Below, in pieces: positions 38,109-51,820 of a stretch of 64,000 nt of DNA. Numbering within the stretch: position 1 is the first letter of the stretch; each line of letters begins with the position of its first letter. The translations under genes and the position numbers were made by a program. Origin of the DNA: Scyliorhinus canicula (lineage: Eukaryota). The stretch covers positions 131,731,425 to 131,795,424 of the forward strand of contig NC_052157.1 of NCBI RefSeq assembly GCF_902713615.1, written 5' to 3'. Under the pieces are notes generated by a model, which saw only the letters and a list, made by a program, of their open reading frames with translations, made no database searches and was not told where the DNA came from.

Positions 38109-38512
38109 TGTCATAATATACACACAGGTATATGATGGTGCACAGACAGGCAGTGATTGACACACAGGATGACCAGTGAACACACAGAACACAGCAGCCA
38201 ATCACCACACAGGACACGACCACAATAAAGCCAGAGGTCACTAGTTTTCCCGCTCTCTTGGGATCCATCCTCTGAGACAGTCAGAGCCCATGAGCAACAA
38301 CGAGCACATACACCATGCGGTAGTAAGATAGTCTGGTCAGGTTAGCCTCAGGTCTCCAGTCAGGTCAGCATAGTGTCAACCCACAGTTAAAGTATGTATG
38401 ATAGTTAGGAGTTCAAAAAAATCGAGTTGCACTTCTTCAAGTGTTGGAAGCCTGTCTCTCTCACCACTGCAGTAAACGCAGTCCTCATAGACCCAGCTTA
38501 CCTAACACATCA
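38109..38512 (+). mobile_element. Solo LTR
   Basis: TG..CA termini with perfect 5-bp TSD GCAGT (38104-38108 / 38513-38517). Confidence 0.85.
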
Positions 38513-38875
38513 GCAGTGAGCTACAAATAATGGATAGAAATGACAAAAAAAAGGATAAAAGACAGAAAGGGACGATCACATGATCCAAGTGAAGTTTATT
38601 GAAATTTAAGCTTTCAAACCTATTGCATTAAAACGTCTTGCATCAATATTACAGAGGTATTGAACAAATTATATTTTAAAGCCGATGCGAGACATATTCC
38701 ATTTTCATTATAAATCACTTTATAACACAGCTTGAAATAATCACTGGCATGCAACAAATCACAGCCTTGCTTTGGTGCATTACAATGTGATAATTAAATA
38801 TAAGCATGCTCAGTACATATAAGCCATTTTCAAATGAACAAGTAAGTGTGCACACCATCTGTATTCATAGATGCT

Positions 38876-39295
38876 TTTTTAAAAAAAGTGCATTTATTAA
38901 GGTTTTACATTTTAACAAACAACGCAACGAAACCACAAGAATGAAATAGCACAGCAAGCAAAGAAAATGTTCCACATATATGAATACAGAGGGGAACAGA
39001 ACAGCAGTATAAGGAGCACTGGAGACTCATTAGACATAACTTCATGCTTCTATAAGCCCAACGCCGAGAACAAGGGAGAAACAGGATGAAGCAATGAAAG
39101 CATGGTAAAGTGATGCACACCCTCCCAAGAAGTGATTACTCGCAATTTCCATGAGGGTTCAGGATAAACGTTTTGCGCCATGTTCGAACGCACACCAATA
39201 TATACCTCCCTCCACTCCAGCAGTGCCAGAGACACAAATGACACACCGCAACCTCCCTCCTCGGATACCAGACCCATCTGTATCCACTGATTAAG
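38876..39295 (-). mobile_element. Possible Tx1/L1-clade 3' end
   Basis: Minus-strand AATAAA plus A tract near 38876-38898; weak C-terminal resemblance (VSLALLEWRE). Confidence 0.35.
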
Positions 39296-39824
39296 GGGCG
39301 TGAACATGGAACGTAGCCCCGTTTTGTACCACGGGGAGCTCCGCGAGGCATGGCGAGCCGGGTAGATCCTGTTAGCAGGGTCTCCTGACTTTAAACGGCC
39401 ACGCTGCGCCGCGGCGAGCTGCTTTTCTGGCGCAGCATGGCCGTTGGATCGCGGCCATTCACTTGGGTTCAGAGCAGAGTGTCTCACCGCATCCGGCTTG
39501 CCTGTTTAAAGGGACTTTGTGTTACTGAGACCATGGTAGCTGAATTATACTTTGTAACCTGTGTTAACCTTCAAATCTGTGTGTTTGTGAAGCTGAGGGA
39601 GTAAAGGAGAACTGATTATAATCCAACTTTTCATGTTTAATAAATGTTTTTTTTCTTGTTGGCAAATCTAAGCAGCTGTGCTGTGACTCTGTTCCCCCAC
39701 TTCTTCTTAAAGAAACATAAAAAGTTGCAGTCTTTTGAGCCAGGGTTCCATTCTGGGATCTTCCTGTCCAGTTATAACAACAACTGGAATCGTGACAGAG
39801 CAAGGCAAGGGGTTTAACAGTTAT

Positions 39825-41154
39825 TATTTTTTTTGAAATAATTTTTATTCAAATTTTAACAAAATATTAATAACAACAAATTATATATCAACAACTGAGA
39901 AAAACCAAAGAGAACAACCCCCCCCCCCCCCGTAAATACAAAACAGAAAACATAGATTAACGCCCGTCGTAAACAAAGAACATATGTACACGTCCCTTCA
40001 ACCCCAACCACCGAGACGAAACCCCCCCCCCCCCACCCCCCAGGGCTGCTGCTGCTGGCCTCTTTCCCTATCGTTCTGCTCGGAAATCTAGAAAAGGCTG
40101 CCACCGCCTGTAAAACTCCTGAACTGATCCCCTTAGGGCAAATTTCATCCTTTCCAATTTGAGAAACCCCGCCATATCATTGATCCAGGCCTCCACGCTT
40201 GGGGGCCTCGCATCCTTCCACTGAAGAAGAATCCTCCACCGGGCTACTAGGGACGCAAAGGCCAGAACACCGGCCTCTTTGCCTCCTGCACTCCCGACTC
40301 CACCGCAACCCCAAAAATTGCGAGTCCCCAGCCTGGCTTGACCATGGATCCTACCACCCTCGACACCGTGCTCGCTACCCACTTCCAAAATTCTCCCAGC
40401 GCTGGGCATGCCCAGAACATATGGGTATGATTCGCTGGGCTCCGTGAGCACCTATTGCACCTGTCCTCGCCCCCAAAGAACCGACTCATCCTCGTCCCAG
40501 TCATATGAGCCCTATGTAGCACCTTAAACTGTATGAGGAGGAGTTCACCCTTCCTAAAGCATCCACCCACGTCCCCTCCTCAATCTCCTCACACAGCTCC
40601 TCTTCCCATTTATCCTTTAGCTCCTCCACCGAGGCCTCGTCCAACTCCTGCATCACTTGGTATATTTCCGAAATCTTCCCCTCTCCAACCCACACCCCCG
40701 AGAGCACCCTGTCCTGGACCCCACGCGGGGGCAACAGCGGGAACCCCGTCACCTGCTGCCTGGCAAACGCCCTTACCTGCATGGATCTGAAGATGTTCTC
40801 CGGGGGGAGCCTGAACTTCCCCTCTAGCTCACCCAGGCTAGCAAACCTCCCACCTAAAAACATGTCCTCCAACCTCCTAATACCCACCCTATGCCAACCC
40901 AGGAACCCACCATCAATATTCCCCTGGACAAACCGATGGTTCCCCCGTATCGGGGACCTCATCGAGGCCCCCACCTCCCCGCTGTGTCGCCTCCACTGCC
41001 CCCACATTTTGAGGGTAGCCGCCACCACCGGGCTCGTGGTATACCTCGTAGGAGGGAGCGGTAGCGGCACCGTTACCAGCGCCTCCAAGCTCGTGCCCAC
41101 ACAGGACGCCATCTCCATCCTCTTCCATGCTGCCCCCTCCTTGTCCATCACCCA
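39825..41154 (-). mobile_element. 5'-truncated L1
   Basis: A-rich tail; 15-bp TSD gggtttaacagttat (39810-39824 / 41155-41169); CCHC region RCNRCSRSPANHTHMFWAC; same family as 51712. Confidence 0.95.
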
Positions 41155-41353
41155 GGGTTTAACAGTTATGTAGCGAGATACCTTCTCATTTGTAGTGATC
41201 ATTATCAACATATGTTTGGCAGCAGGAATAATGGTCGTGTTTTTGGGGTCTGAATTTGACCTTTTCCGACGGTTAAGACTAAAGTTTGCTTTTACACTAA
41301 AATAGGAAGCATCACACAAGAGGAAATTCATTTTAGTCTTTATAAGTGACATG

Positions 41354-41727
41354 GGGCGGGATTCTCCGAACCCCTGCCAGGCCGGAGAATCGCCGAGGGG
41401 CGGCGTGAATCCCGCCCCCGCCGACTGCCGAGTTCTCCAGCGCCAGGGTTTTGGTGGGGGCGGGAATCGCGCCACGCCGGTCGGCGGCCGTGAGGACACT
41501 TTCCCTCCACACCGACTGCTGTGGACCTCCGCCATGGCTGGTGCGGAGACGAACCCCCCTCTGCTCATACGCTGGCATGATGCCAGAACACGCTGGCGCT
41601 CCCACGCATCGGCTGGCGGAGGCCCTTCGGCGCCAACCCCGCCAGCGCTGGCCTAGCCCCAGAGTGGTTCACACCACTCCTAGGCACCAGGACTGCCCGC
41701 CCCGCTGGGTAAGGGAGAATCCCGCCC
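41354..41727. mobile_element. Harbinger MITE
   Basis: Perfect TIRs gggcgggattctcc / ggagaatcccgccc; TSD ATG. Confidence 0.92.
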
Positions 41728-42151
41728 ATGATCTCAGCCAATCTGTTCTGATGCATTAGCCACTGGACTCATTTGTGAGCAGGCAGGAGCCAATGGGTAG
41801 CAGTGAAAGAGCTGATGAAAGGAGGTCAATGATGAGACAAGGAAAGGGAAAGGGGAAACGACGGGATGAAATGGCTGTCAATGAAGAGAAACAAATGTAT
41901 GGTAGTGGAGGTGAGGGAGAGAGAGAAAATGATAGCAATGAACAAAGGAAGGAAGAATGCAGACGTTGCAGAGGAACCGAGGTTGAAACAATAGGGGATA
42001 AATTCTGCAGAGCAATTGAGATGAAGTGGACAGAAAAATGTTAGCAATAGCTGGGAGGAGTAGTATTGTGCCATCTGAATGAGTCTGCATTGAAGAATAA
42101 CAAGATAATTGGGTAGAACTGAGGCAGGGTTAGGTAGAAGTGTGCCCAATA

Positions 42152-42373
42152 TTTTTTTTTATAAATTTAAAGTACCCAATTCATTTTTTTTCCAATTAAG
42201 GGGCAATTTATCATGGCCAGTCCACCTACCCTGCACATCTTTGGGTTGTGGGGGTGAGACTCATGCAGACACGGGAATAATGTGCAAACTCCACACGGAC
42301 AGTGACCCAGGGCCGGGATCGAACCCGGGTCCTCAGCGCCGTGAGACATCAGCGCAATCCACAGTGCTGCCCA
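42152..42373 (-). mobile_element. Short poly(A)-tailed V-SINE variant
   Basis: Same family as 37350; flanking repeat ccaatatt. Confidence 0.85.
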
Positions 42374-42869
42374 CAAAATTTGCCAATATTAACCAGAAGG
42401 GTTGAGGGAGTAAATTCTGTGGCAGGGTGAAGAACCAAATGAAATCAAGTATCTTAATAAAGTAAGTGCAAGGAGGGTAATGATGTCTGTGTGTGGTGCG
42501 TGAGGAAGAATTTGAAATAGGAGGTAACTTCAGGTCCAAAGAAAATGCAGATATCACTTGGGTTTTCTTTTAAAACTAAAAACATTGGAAGTGTTTTAAG
42601 CGTTAAGGATACAATTGCTTAACATTAACCAGAACATATTTTTTGTAAGTATAACTTGAGATTTTTTTCCAAGGGACCAGGTCCCCATATTTCACCCAGA
42701 AATGCCCTACCCATACTTTGCCTTCAATATTTGGATTTCCCCTTCAACTCTTCACATATTTGTTTATTTTCCCCCTGAGAAGTGAAAGAATGTTTTATAA
42801 ACTCTGCTAAAGTAACAAAGCATAGGTATCTGCCTGTTTTCACATTCTTGAGTGGTGCATATGCTTAAA

Positions 42870-43140
42870 AATAAGAGATGGCCCACTTAAAACTGAGATG
42901 AGTAGAACTTTTTTCTCACAAGAATTATGACTTTTTCGAACTTTCTTCTTGAAAAGTTGATGGAAGCAAAGTCTTTGAATATTCTTAAGACAGAAGCAGA
43001 TAGATTCCCGGTAAGCAAGGTGATGATAGGTTATCGGGGGTAGACAGAATGCAGACTTGAGGTTACCATCAGATCAGCCACGATCTTATTAAATGGCAGA
43101 ACAGGCTTGAGGGGCCAAATGGCATGTTCATTGTTTGTCT
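42870..43140 (+). mobile_element. CR1 3' end, old
   Basis: aaactgagatgagtagaac..agatcagccacgatcttattaaatggcaga..ggggccaaatggc. Confidence 0.65.
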
Positions 43141-44824
43141 GTCTTGTGTGGTTGTGACAGCTTTCACATTGGTCATTAAGCTAGCCCACAGAAAATGGAA
43201 CGAACTGGAAGCCTTCCTGTTCGGTGTAGCCTAGCAACATACTGCATGGTGCATTTTCACACTGAACCATGAGAGGCCCTCAAAGCCTTAGTTTCTTTTT
43301 TTCTTGAGATATTTATTTCCGAGTTGTTTTTTTTCCCTTTTTCAGGAACTTTGACCTATTCACAGAAATTCGTCATGTATTCAATATTTGTACAGAGGAG
43401 CGATAATGGAGTTCAGTTCAAACAGGAAGGAAAGTCATCACTCTCCACCAGTCCTTGGCTGTGATCCAAAACCCACGCAGTTTGGCCATGATCTCAGACT
43501 TATAAATAGTCATGTTACACATGTTATGACTTTCAGGACAGCATTTAAGTAAAATAGGTAATTAATCAAAATGTCAGACAAAAGGCAGCACAGAAACATG
43601 CCGGTCAGCCCAACCAGTCCATGGCAGCATATATTCTCCACCCGAGCTTCTTCTCATCCTTCCTCATCAAACATTGTCAACTTAACTCGACTCCTTTCAC
43701 CCTCCTATGCTTATTTATCTTATGCTTTCCTTGAAGGCATCTATGCTATTCACCTAATCTATTCCCGGTGGTAGCAAGTTTCACATTCTCATCCTTCTCT
43801 GGATACAGAGGTTGCTTCTGACTTCTCCATTTGATCTTTTGATGATTATCTTATGTTAATAGCCTCCAGCTCTGCTCTTTCCCGCAAGAGCAAACACTTT
43901 AACACTTTTCTGTATCTACGCCATCAAATTCCTAATTTTGAAGACATTTGCCTGAGACCCAGCCTGTTCATGTCAGACAAAAGCAGTAAACATATTTGCA
44001 TATTAGCATCTGGATGTATTAAAATCCTGATGTAAAAAATATCATGTTCAAACTTATGCCTATATTTGATACGTGAGCACTCCTGGTACAAAACCACACT
44101 CGATAGCAGCTAAATTTGACAACCAGGTGTGCTGACCTCAAAATGTATTGTTAATGCATTCACATAAAGCAACTCCTACACACCCATTCTAAAGAATAGC
44201 TCCCTTCCACCTCAACAGAAATGAAATGCATCACTCAACCACGTATTTTCAAATATCAGTCAATAACCATTAGCGTCCAAACTGCAGAACCATTATTTTG
44301 TGGTCACAGAATATGACCTTTGCTCATCTGTTCATTATACCAATACTGTACTGGTGACAGGCTTTTGATAAAGTGGAAAATTAATGTTAAATTACTGAAA
44401 TTCTAAGATGAGTACACATCTTGTAGAGAAACCTGCAGCACTGCCATTTTGTTCTTCTACTCAAAGTTTCATTCGGAATGACATTGCTCGCTTTGTTTTA
44501 TGGAAGAATCCAAACTTTTGATTGGAACATCTGTTTTTTTCCAGTTCTATTTTCTAATTTGAATCTTAAAATGCTCAACACCTCACAAATTGTGAGAAAA
44601 TGTCATTTTATTATCACATAATGTGGACTACTGTACACATTTCAGGATATCACTGAATCAAAAGTATAAAAAATTAAAAGGTAACATTTCAACATAATTT
44701 ATGAATAATCTTAAAACTGTCCGAGAAGCGTTCCACATTCTATAATCCCAACTCTGCGAATACTGGACAAGCCTGAAACTTGTTAGGATCTATCTGGCAC
44801 GATGGGTAATAGGAGGTGCTGGTA

Positions 44825-45059
44825 CATGGGGTATTGTCACTGGACGAGTAATCCAGAGACCCAAAGTAATGCTTAGGGACCCGGGTTTGACCCCACCAGG
44901 GCAGATGATGGAATTTGAATTCAATAAAAACTCTGGAATTAAAAGTTAAATGATTGTTGTTAAAAAAAAAACAACAGGTTCATTAATGTCCTTTACAGGA
45001 GGAAATCTTCTGTCCTTACCTGTTCTGGCATTTATGTGACTCCAGATCCACGGCAATAT
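44825..45059 (+). mobile_element. tRNA-derived SINE interrupted by an LTR-like insertion
   Basis: Homologous to 31960-32202; breaks at gcaatat|tgttacg. Confidence 0.65.
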
Positions 45060-46379
45060 TGTTACGATCCCAGTTGATGTTACTACTGGATGGGAAGATC
45101 CCACAAAATATGGATGAACCGAGTCACAGGATTGCCAATTAGTGTTTAACAACAACAAAAGACATTTATAAAGCTTGAAAAGTTTGACTGTAATACAATA
45201 CTCCTTCACTCCACTGACCTTCACACATCTACACAAATTTTAAGAGTAACAGAAGTCACAAAGTACATCCTATGCTATGATGCTCTCAGTAAACACACAG
45301 TTCCTGTAACCCAACAGGCTCTGGACAGACAACACCCCACTCTGAAACCAAGTAGTAAATTCCACCTAAACAATCTTCTGTGGATTTCTCCTCAAATCCT
45401 CCCGTACCAGCCTCCCCGAACAGGCACCGGAATGTGGCGACTAGGGGCTTTCCACTGTAACTTCGTTTGAAGCCTACTTGTGACAATAAGCGATTTCAGC
45501 TCATTTCATTTTCATGATTATTACACTGATCTCACTGGACCTCCGGCTTCCACATGGAGCATTTCTAAATTCTACTCTCGAACAGACACGCCTTAGAATC
45601 TTCTTTCAAAAAACACTTTGCCTCAACTGCTTCCCATAAGGATCCATTTCCAGGATTTCCAACTCTCCTTTTATCATTCTATTATATTTAATAGCAATGA
45701 GCTTTCAAATATTCACATGATCTCTCAGGTATTGAGTCTGCAACCGAATACTGTTGCTCCAAAGTCGGGAATAAGGACATCAACCTTACAATTGCTTCAG
45801 ATATCTGGCTTTTCAACCAGTTTCACTCAGTCAGCCCTTTAAAGATCTGCCTTTAACTTCACTGAACTGTGCCCTCCTCAAATTCCAGTTCCTGTTTTCT
45901 GTTTTTACTTCAATCTTCCTGGAAACTTATCTTCATTCTCTAGTTTTTAGAGCTAGCTGTCCTTTAGTTTCTCTGGGGCTTGCTGTCTTGCCCATTACTT
46001 CATTGAATGGCTTCCCTGCTTCTGGCAGAGAAGTGAAGGCTACCTTATCTCTCACTGTCTGTCTCCAATTGCTTTGAGCTCAGTTTTTAAAAAGCACTAT
46101 CACGAGGTGTGTCTTTCCTAAACTGGATCCTGGTTGCTGAACAACATTTCATTCTCTTGGTTACTTTTCACGTTGTAAACTCTCTCAGCACAATGCAGAC
46201 GCAGTTGGAACTGAAGCCCCCAAACTCCATACATGCAAACATCTTTGTTTGACATTAATCTAATTAAAGTTTCAGCCTTTCTCACAGAGAACCACAAAAT
46301 TAAACTCACTTAAATTCATACATTATTTCAAACATCCAACAATACAAACATAGATCACTTAAAACTCTGCTTCGTGACA
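45060..46379. mobile_element. Long solo-LTR-like element containing a truncated short SINE (about 45401-45514, +)
   Basis: Termini tgttacga / tcgtgaca; flanks atat / atag. Confidence 0.65.
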
Positions 46380-46640
46380 ATAGGCTTTTAAACACTCAGG
46401 AAGTTCATTTTTTTCTGGGTATGGTTGCACAGTATCCTCTTACCTATACAAGCATCTGTCCAAGTATAAGTGTCACTCACAGTCACACATCACACTTCTC
46501 TCTTTGCAGAGCTACTTGGTCAGACCCAATTCTACAGAACTCCCTCTTTTCCTCTTGGTTAAAAAAATAGACTGGATGTCTGCCGCCTCTACCTTCTTCA
46601 TGCTTAATATAATCCACAATAGAAATAGTTATAACACATG

Positions 46641-47314
46641 GGGCGGGATTCTCTGACCCCCCGCCGGGTCGGGATTCACGCCGCCCCTTGGCGATTCTCC
46701 GAGGAACAGCGTGAATCCCGACCCGCCGCTCCGACGCCAGCTGCCGAATTCTCCGGTGCCAGTTTTCGTGTGGGGGCGGGGATCACGCCATGCTGGTCGG
46801 GGGCCGTTGGCAGCGCCCTCAAACCTGGCAATTCTCCAGGCCCCGATGGGCCAAGCGGCCAGGCCTCCCTGGCCATTCCCGCCACCGTGAAATAGATATG
46901 GTCCATCCCGACATGACGTGGCTTGGAGGTCGGCTAGCAGAGTCCTCGGGGGGGTGGCGCGTGGGGGGATACGGCTCTTGGGGGGGGGGGGATCCCCCCA
47001 CGCGATCGGGGCTCACCGATCTGCGAGCGGGTCTGTGCCATGGGGAACTCTTTCTCTCCGCGCTGGCCACTCTAAGGCTCCACCGTAGCCGGCGCGGAGA
47101 AGAAACTGCCTGACACGCCGGCGGTTCCGTGCATGTGCCAACTCGCGGCGGCCCTTCGGCGCCGGTTGGTGAGGCGCCAAAGCCTCCGCCGCTGGCCTAG
47201 CCCCCGGACATGCGGAAGATTCCGCAACTTCCGGGTGGCCCGACGCCGGAGTGGTTCGCGCCGCTCTTGGAGCCGGCATCGGGCCATCGCGCCAAATGCA
47301 GGAGAATCCCGCCC
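46641..47314. mobile_element. Harbinger MITE
   Basis: TIRs gggcgggattctct / ggagaatcccgccc; TSD ATG. Confidence 0.92.
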
Positions 47315-47471
47315 ATGGTATTTACTTTCAGGATTTACTGGGGCCAGGATCATGGCTCCCCAAACATTAAGATTGGATGGCTTGGAAGTTTTTGCCAGGG
47401 GCAATTGTTTTGACCATGTCAGCAGCGTAATCCATAAAGTAACTTGCCAAAAGATTTATAAAAACGGACAT

Positions 47472-48022
47472 GGGCGGCGTGAATCACGTCCCCGCTGGCT
47501 GCCAAATTCTCCGGCGCTGGAGATTTGGCGGGGGCGGGAATCGCGCCACATCGTTCGGCGGGCTCCCCACGGGAATTCTCCGGCCCGCAATGGGCCGAAG
47601 TCCAGGCCGTTCTATGCAGGCCGCGCCGGCGTAAATTGGAGTTGTTCCCTTACCGGCGGGACCTGGCAGCGCGGGCGGGCTCCGGGGTCCTCGGGGGAGC
47701 GCGGGGCGATCTGGCCCCAGGGGTGCCCCCATGGTGGCCTGGCCCGTAATCGGGGGCCCACCGATCCACGGGCGGGCCTGTGCCGTGGCGGCACTCTTTT
47801 CCTACGCGCCGGCCGTGTCAGCTTCCGCTGACGCTCCCGCGCATGCGCGGACCGGCGCTGGCCGGTGGAGTCCCTTCAGCCCCGGCTGGCGCGGCACCAA
47901 AGGCCTTCCACACCGGCCAGCAGGGTGCAAACCACTCCAGCGCCGGCCTAGTCCCTGAGTGGTTCCCGCCACTCCATTGCGCCGTTTCTGCCCGCCCCTC
48001 CGATTCCTGGAAAATCCCACCC
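47472..48022. mobile_element. Harbinger MITE lacking its left TIR
   Basis: Internal homology to 46641 and 60223; right end ggaaaatcccaccc. Confidence 0.7.
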
Positions 48023-48360
48023 CTGGTGACTCATGGCAGCCACTGTTTCAGTGATTTTCTTTTTTTTTTTAAGAAAACGTGTCCTCGTTAAACACTTCCA
48101 ATGTTTTTTGGTTGGCTGGAGAAGTGGTAGGTAGATCTCACTCAGTTACAATTTCCCATCTTCATGATACACCATACCCAACACGTGGTAAATGGCTGTG
48201 AAGGATCATGATTGCAGAGGATAGAAGCCCAGAACAGAGGCAGTCCAAGGTTTTGTCGAGGGGCCAGATCCACCAAGACGACAAGGAATCATACAAAATA
48301 TTTTAAAAATATAACATACTGGATCTTCTCTGACATTGGCTCCTTTTCCCAGCAGGTCTG

Positions 48361-48539
48361 ATGAAATGAAAATCGCTTATTGTCACGAGTCGGCTTCAAT
48401 GAAGTTACTGTGAAAAGCCCCTAGTCGCCACATTCCGGCGCCTGTCCGGGGAGGCTGGTATGGGAATCGAACCGTGCTGCTGGCCTGCTTGGTCTGCTTT
48501 AAAAGCCAGCGATTTAGCCTTGTGAGCTAAACCAGCCCC
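48361..48539 (-). mobile_element. Short tRNA-derived SINE
   Basis: Near-identical to 11577. Confidence 0.88.
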
Positions 48540-50379
48540 TAATCTCGTGGATCAGTCACATTTGCTTCCCCACTTAGGTCTCAGGTAAAGGTCGAATCCC
48601 GGGTCCAAGGAACAGAGTGGGGAAGAAACCCCAGCTCCATCTTAACTGAGCCAATCTGCTTTCTGCATCTTAGGGCAGTGAGGGGTTAAGTTTCTCACCA
48701 TTATTTCAGCTCAAAAGATAACAGTACATTCAAGTTGCATTGAAGTGGTTGACCACCAATGACGACAGGGTGCAGCATCGACATAACAATTCGCCACGCC
48801 TCCTTTGACAGAACTTTCTAAACCAAAACCTCTTCCACCTAGAAGGGAAACAGGTGTGTGGGAACACCACCATCTCCAAGCTCCCCTCCAAGTCAGGAGT
48901 TGGAAATATATCACTGTCATTAGCTCAAAATCTTGACATTCACTAGCTGTGAGTATAATTAAACCACACGAACCGCAGTGGCTCAAAAAGATGCGATGGC
49001 CTTCTCAAGAGCAGTGCCCAAATGGATGAGTGAATAATAAAGTAAGTAATATAAACATAGCAATGATTGACAAATATTCTGGCACATTCACAGATGAATG
49101 GGTTTTATGGACAGGTTCAAAATAACAAAAAGGAAGTCGCAGATTGGTTTCTCATAATGGAAGGAGGGTGTTTGCAACAAGCAACGAGGAAATGATTAGC
49201 GAAGTCATATTTGAGGAACCAATTAAACATTAGAAAGCGATTCAAAGACGATACTAAGTGTAATGGGCTGAATTCAACTCTGAAAGTAAGATGTAAACCT
49301 TCCCAACCCTTGCTTGCCAACTCAAAAGCTTCTAAATGAAAATTACTTTGAGAAGACTCAATGCAGCTTTTAATTGCCAAAAGTGAGCAGTCCTAAAGTC
49401 CGGTAGATACCATTTGAGGCCTCCCCTGGGCATCCCGACAGCCAAAAGAGGGTGAGGTGGCCTGCAAAGGGGGGCCCTCAGCAACCCCATAGTGGGGTGT
49501 CAGCACTTGGGGGGGGGGGGGGGTTTAGGTAATGTGCATATGTGTTTGGGGTGACATTGTCTGTGGGTGGTGGTATGGGGGACCGTCAAGCTCATTTAGA
49601 TATCGGGGCAGCCTTTCAAAGTGGTGGCCCGAGATCTCGGAGGAACAGGACCGGCCAGCAAGTTCAGCTCCCAAGTGCTGAAAATAATTCTAAGTGTCGG
49701 CTTGATCGGGGAGAAACTCCCCAGTGCCGAAGAAAGTGACTGATTGCGATCGGATAGCGTGGGGAACATGGCGGCAGAGCCAAGGAGGAAGTGCCAGCAA
49801 AGCCGGCTATGAATGACATTTAGAAATTGTTCCTGTTAGATCGCGCCCTTTAGCTTGACTGGAATGATATTTTATAATTGTATTTTAGATTGGAAAATGT
49901 CATACATAAAATCAGCCTGAAGTTTATAATAACTTGCAGGATATTGCTAAATCAAATTTCTAATTTAAAATTGATGAGAAACAAAAGCAGTCCACGCCTG
50001 AAAGCAGTCCAAGTATGCGGCATCAAGAATATACTCAACATAACTCAGCTTTTCTGGGTTGGTCACGTAGTTCATACAAATGATTCCACTTACCAGAGAC
50101 AGTATTGTACAACTAGCTAAGCGCAGAAACAAACACCCCTACCCTCCACTCACAGTACATCCTAAATTCAGGCACAAAGAAAGCTAATCTTAGAAACTGT
50201 AAATTGTGCCCCACTATACGTGAAAACAAAAACTCTGGACAGATCCAAATGGAGAAGTCGATGTCATCAGGAAAGCTCATTATGTGGGCAGAACAGAGTC
50301 AGGTCCCTGCAGGGCCAGCCGAGCAAGCCACCTTCATACGCAGATTTGGTTTACCATCAATTTAGACGGTGGACAATTG

Positions 50380-50610
50380 GTCTCATTGAGAACACCACCA
50401 CCTCGAAGTTTCCCTCCAAGCCTCTCACCACCGGACTGGGAAATATATTGCTGTTCCTTCATTGTCATTGGAGCTCCCTTCCGAATGCACTGTGGGTGCA
50501 ACTACACCACATGGACTGCAGCTCACCACCACCTTCTCAAGGGTGATTAAGGATGGGCAATACATTCTGGGCTAGCCACCAACACCTGCATCCCATGAAT
50601 TAATTTTTAA
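50380..50610 (+). mobile_element. CR1/L2-group LINE 3' end
   Basis: aacaccaccacct..ggaaatatattgctgttccttca..ggatgggcaata; same family as 29600. Confidence 0.7.
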
Positions 50611-50659
50611 AAACTCGTCCCTTGAAGCAACAGGAGAATCCATCACAAAACCCATGTTG

Positions 50660-51655
50660 CTTTTAAGCTGCCTTCTTCAACTACAGCAGTCCGTAAGGTG
50701 TAAGTACACCTACAGTACTGTTCAAGAGGGTTTCCAGGATTTTGATCCAGCAACAGCGAAGAAACGGTGATATATTTCCAAGTCAGGTTGGTGAGTGATT
50801 TGGAGGGGAAATTCCAGGTGGTGGTGTTCCCATGTGTCTGTTGCTCTTCGCCTTCTACATAACAGCAGTCGTCGATTTGGAAGGTACTGTCTAAGGAGTC
50901 TTGGTGAGTCCCTGCAATACATCTTGTGGATGGTATACGTGGCTGCCACTGGGCATCGGTGGTGGAGGGAGTCAATGTTTGTGGATGGGGTGCCAATCAA
51001 GTGGGCTGCTTTGTCTTGGATAGTATCAAGCTTCTCGAGTATTGTTGGAGCTGCATTCATCCAGGCAAGTGGTGAGTATTTCATCACATTCCTACTTTGA
51101 GCCTTGTAGATGGTGGGAAGGCTTTGGGGAGTCAGAAGGGGCGATACCCATGGCAGGATTCCTGCTCTTGACGCCACAGTTCAGTTTCTGGTTAACAGTA
51201 ACCACCAGGATGCTGATTATGGGTGATTCAGCGATGGTAATGCCATTGAGTGTCATGGGGCAAAATTTAATTCTCTTGTTGGAGATGGTCATTGCCTGGC
51301 ACTTGTGTGACATGAATCTTATTTGCTGCTGGTCATCACAAGCATGGATATTGTCCTGATCTTGCTGAAACTGGGCTCGGACTGCGTCAGTATCTGAGAA
51401 GTCATGAAGGGTGCCGAACATTGTGCACCTTTCTCCGTCACCAAACATCATCACCAACTACTCTCACTTCTGACCTTCTGAAGGAAGGTCATTGATCAAG
51501 CAGCTGACGGTGGTTGGGCCAAGGACCCTACCCCAAGCAACTCCTGTAGTGATGTCCTGGAACTGGGAGAATTGATCTCCAAACACCACAACCTTCTTCC
51601 TTTGTGCCAGGTATAATTCCAACCAGCAGAGATTTTTTCTCCTGATTCCCACTGA
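50660..51655 (-). mobile_element. CR1/L2-group LINE RT/3' fragment
   Basis: IYKAQSRNVMKYSPLAWM..LDTIQDKA; colinear with 29600-30800. Confidence 0.8.
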
Positions 51656-51820
51656 CTGCTATAATCAAGATATTTTAATGTACATGAATTCAATGAATTT
51701 TAAGACATTTTTTTTTTAATAATTTTTATTCAAATTTTCACAAAATATCAATAACAAAATACAAAAAGAAGAGAAGAAACAACCCCCCCCCCCCTCCCAT
51801 ATATACAAAAACTAAATAAA

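Noticed and set aside
40501-41568. 355-aa ORF
   Set aside because: Fusion of MITE, flanking DNA and truncated L1 ORF2; no sign of a coherent gene
43325-43480. Strong plus-strand acceptor at 43347
   Set aside because: No convincing donor or recognisable reading frame follows
50380-50830. Tail-to-tail inverted LINE 3' ends as a designed hairpin
   Set aside because: Two old, diverged copies of an abundant family; adjacency is expected by chance
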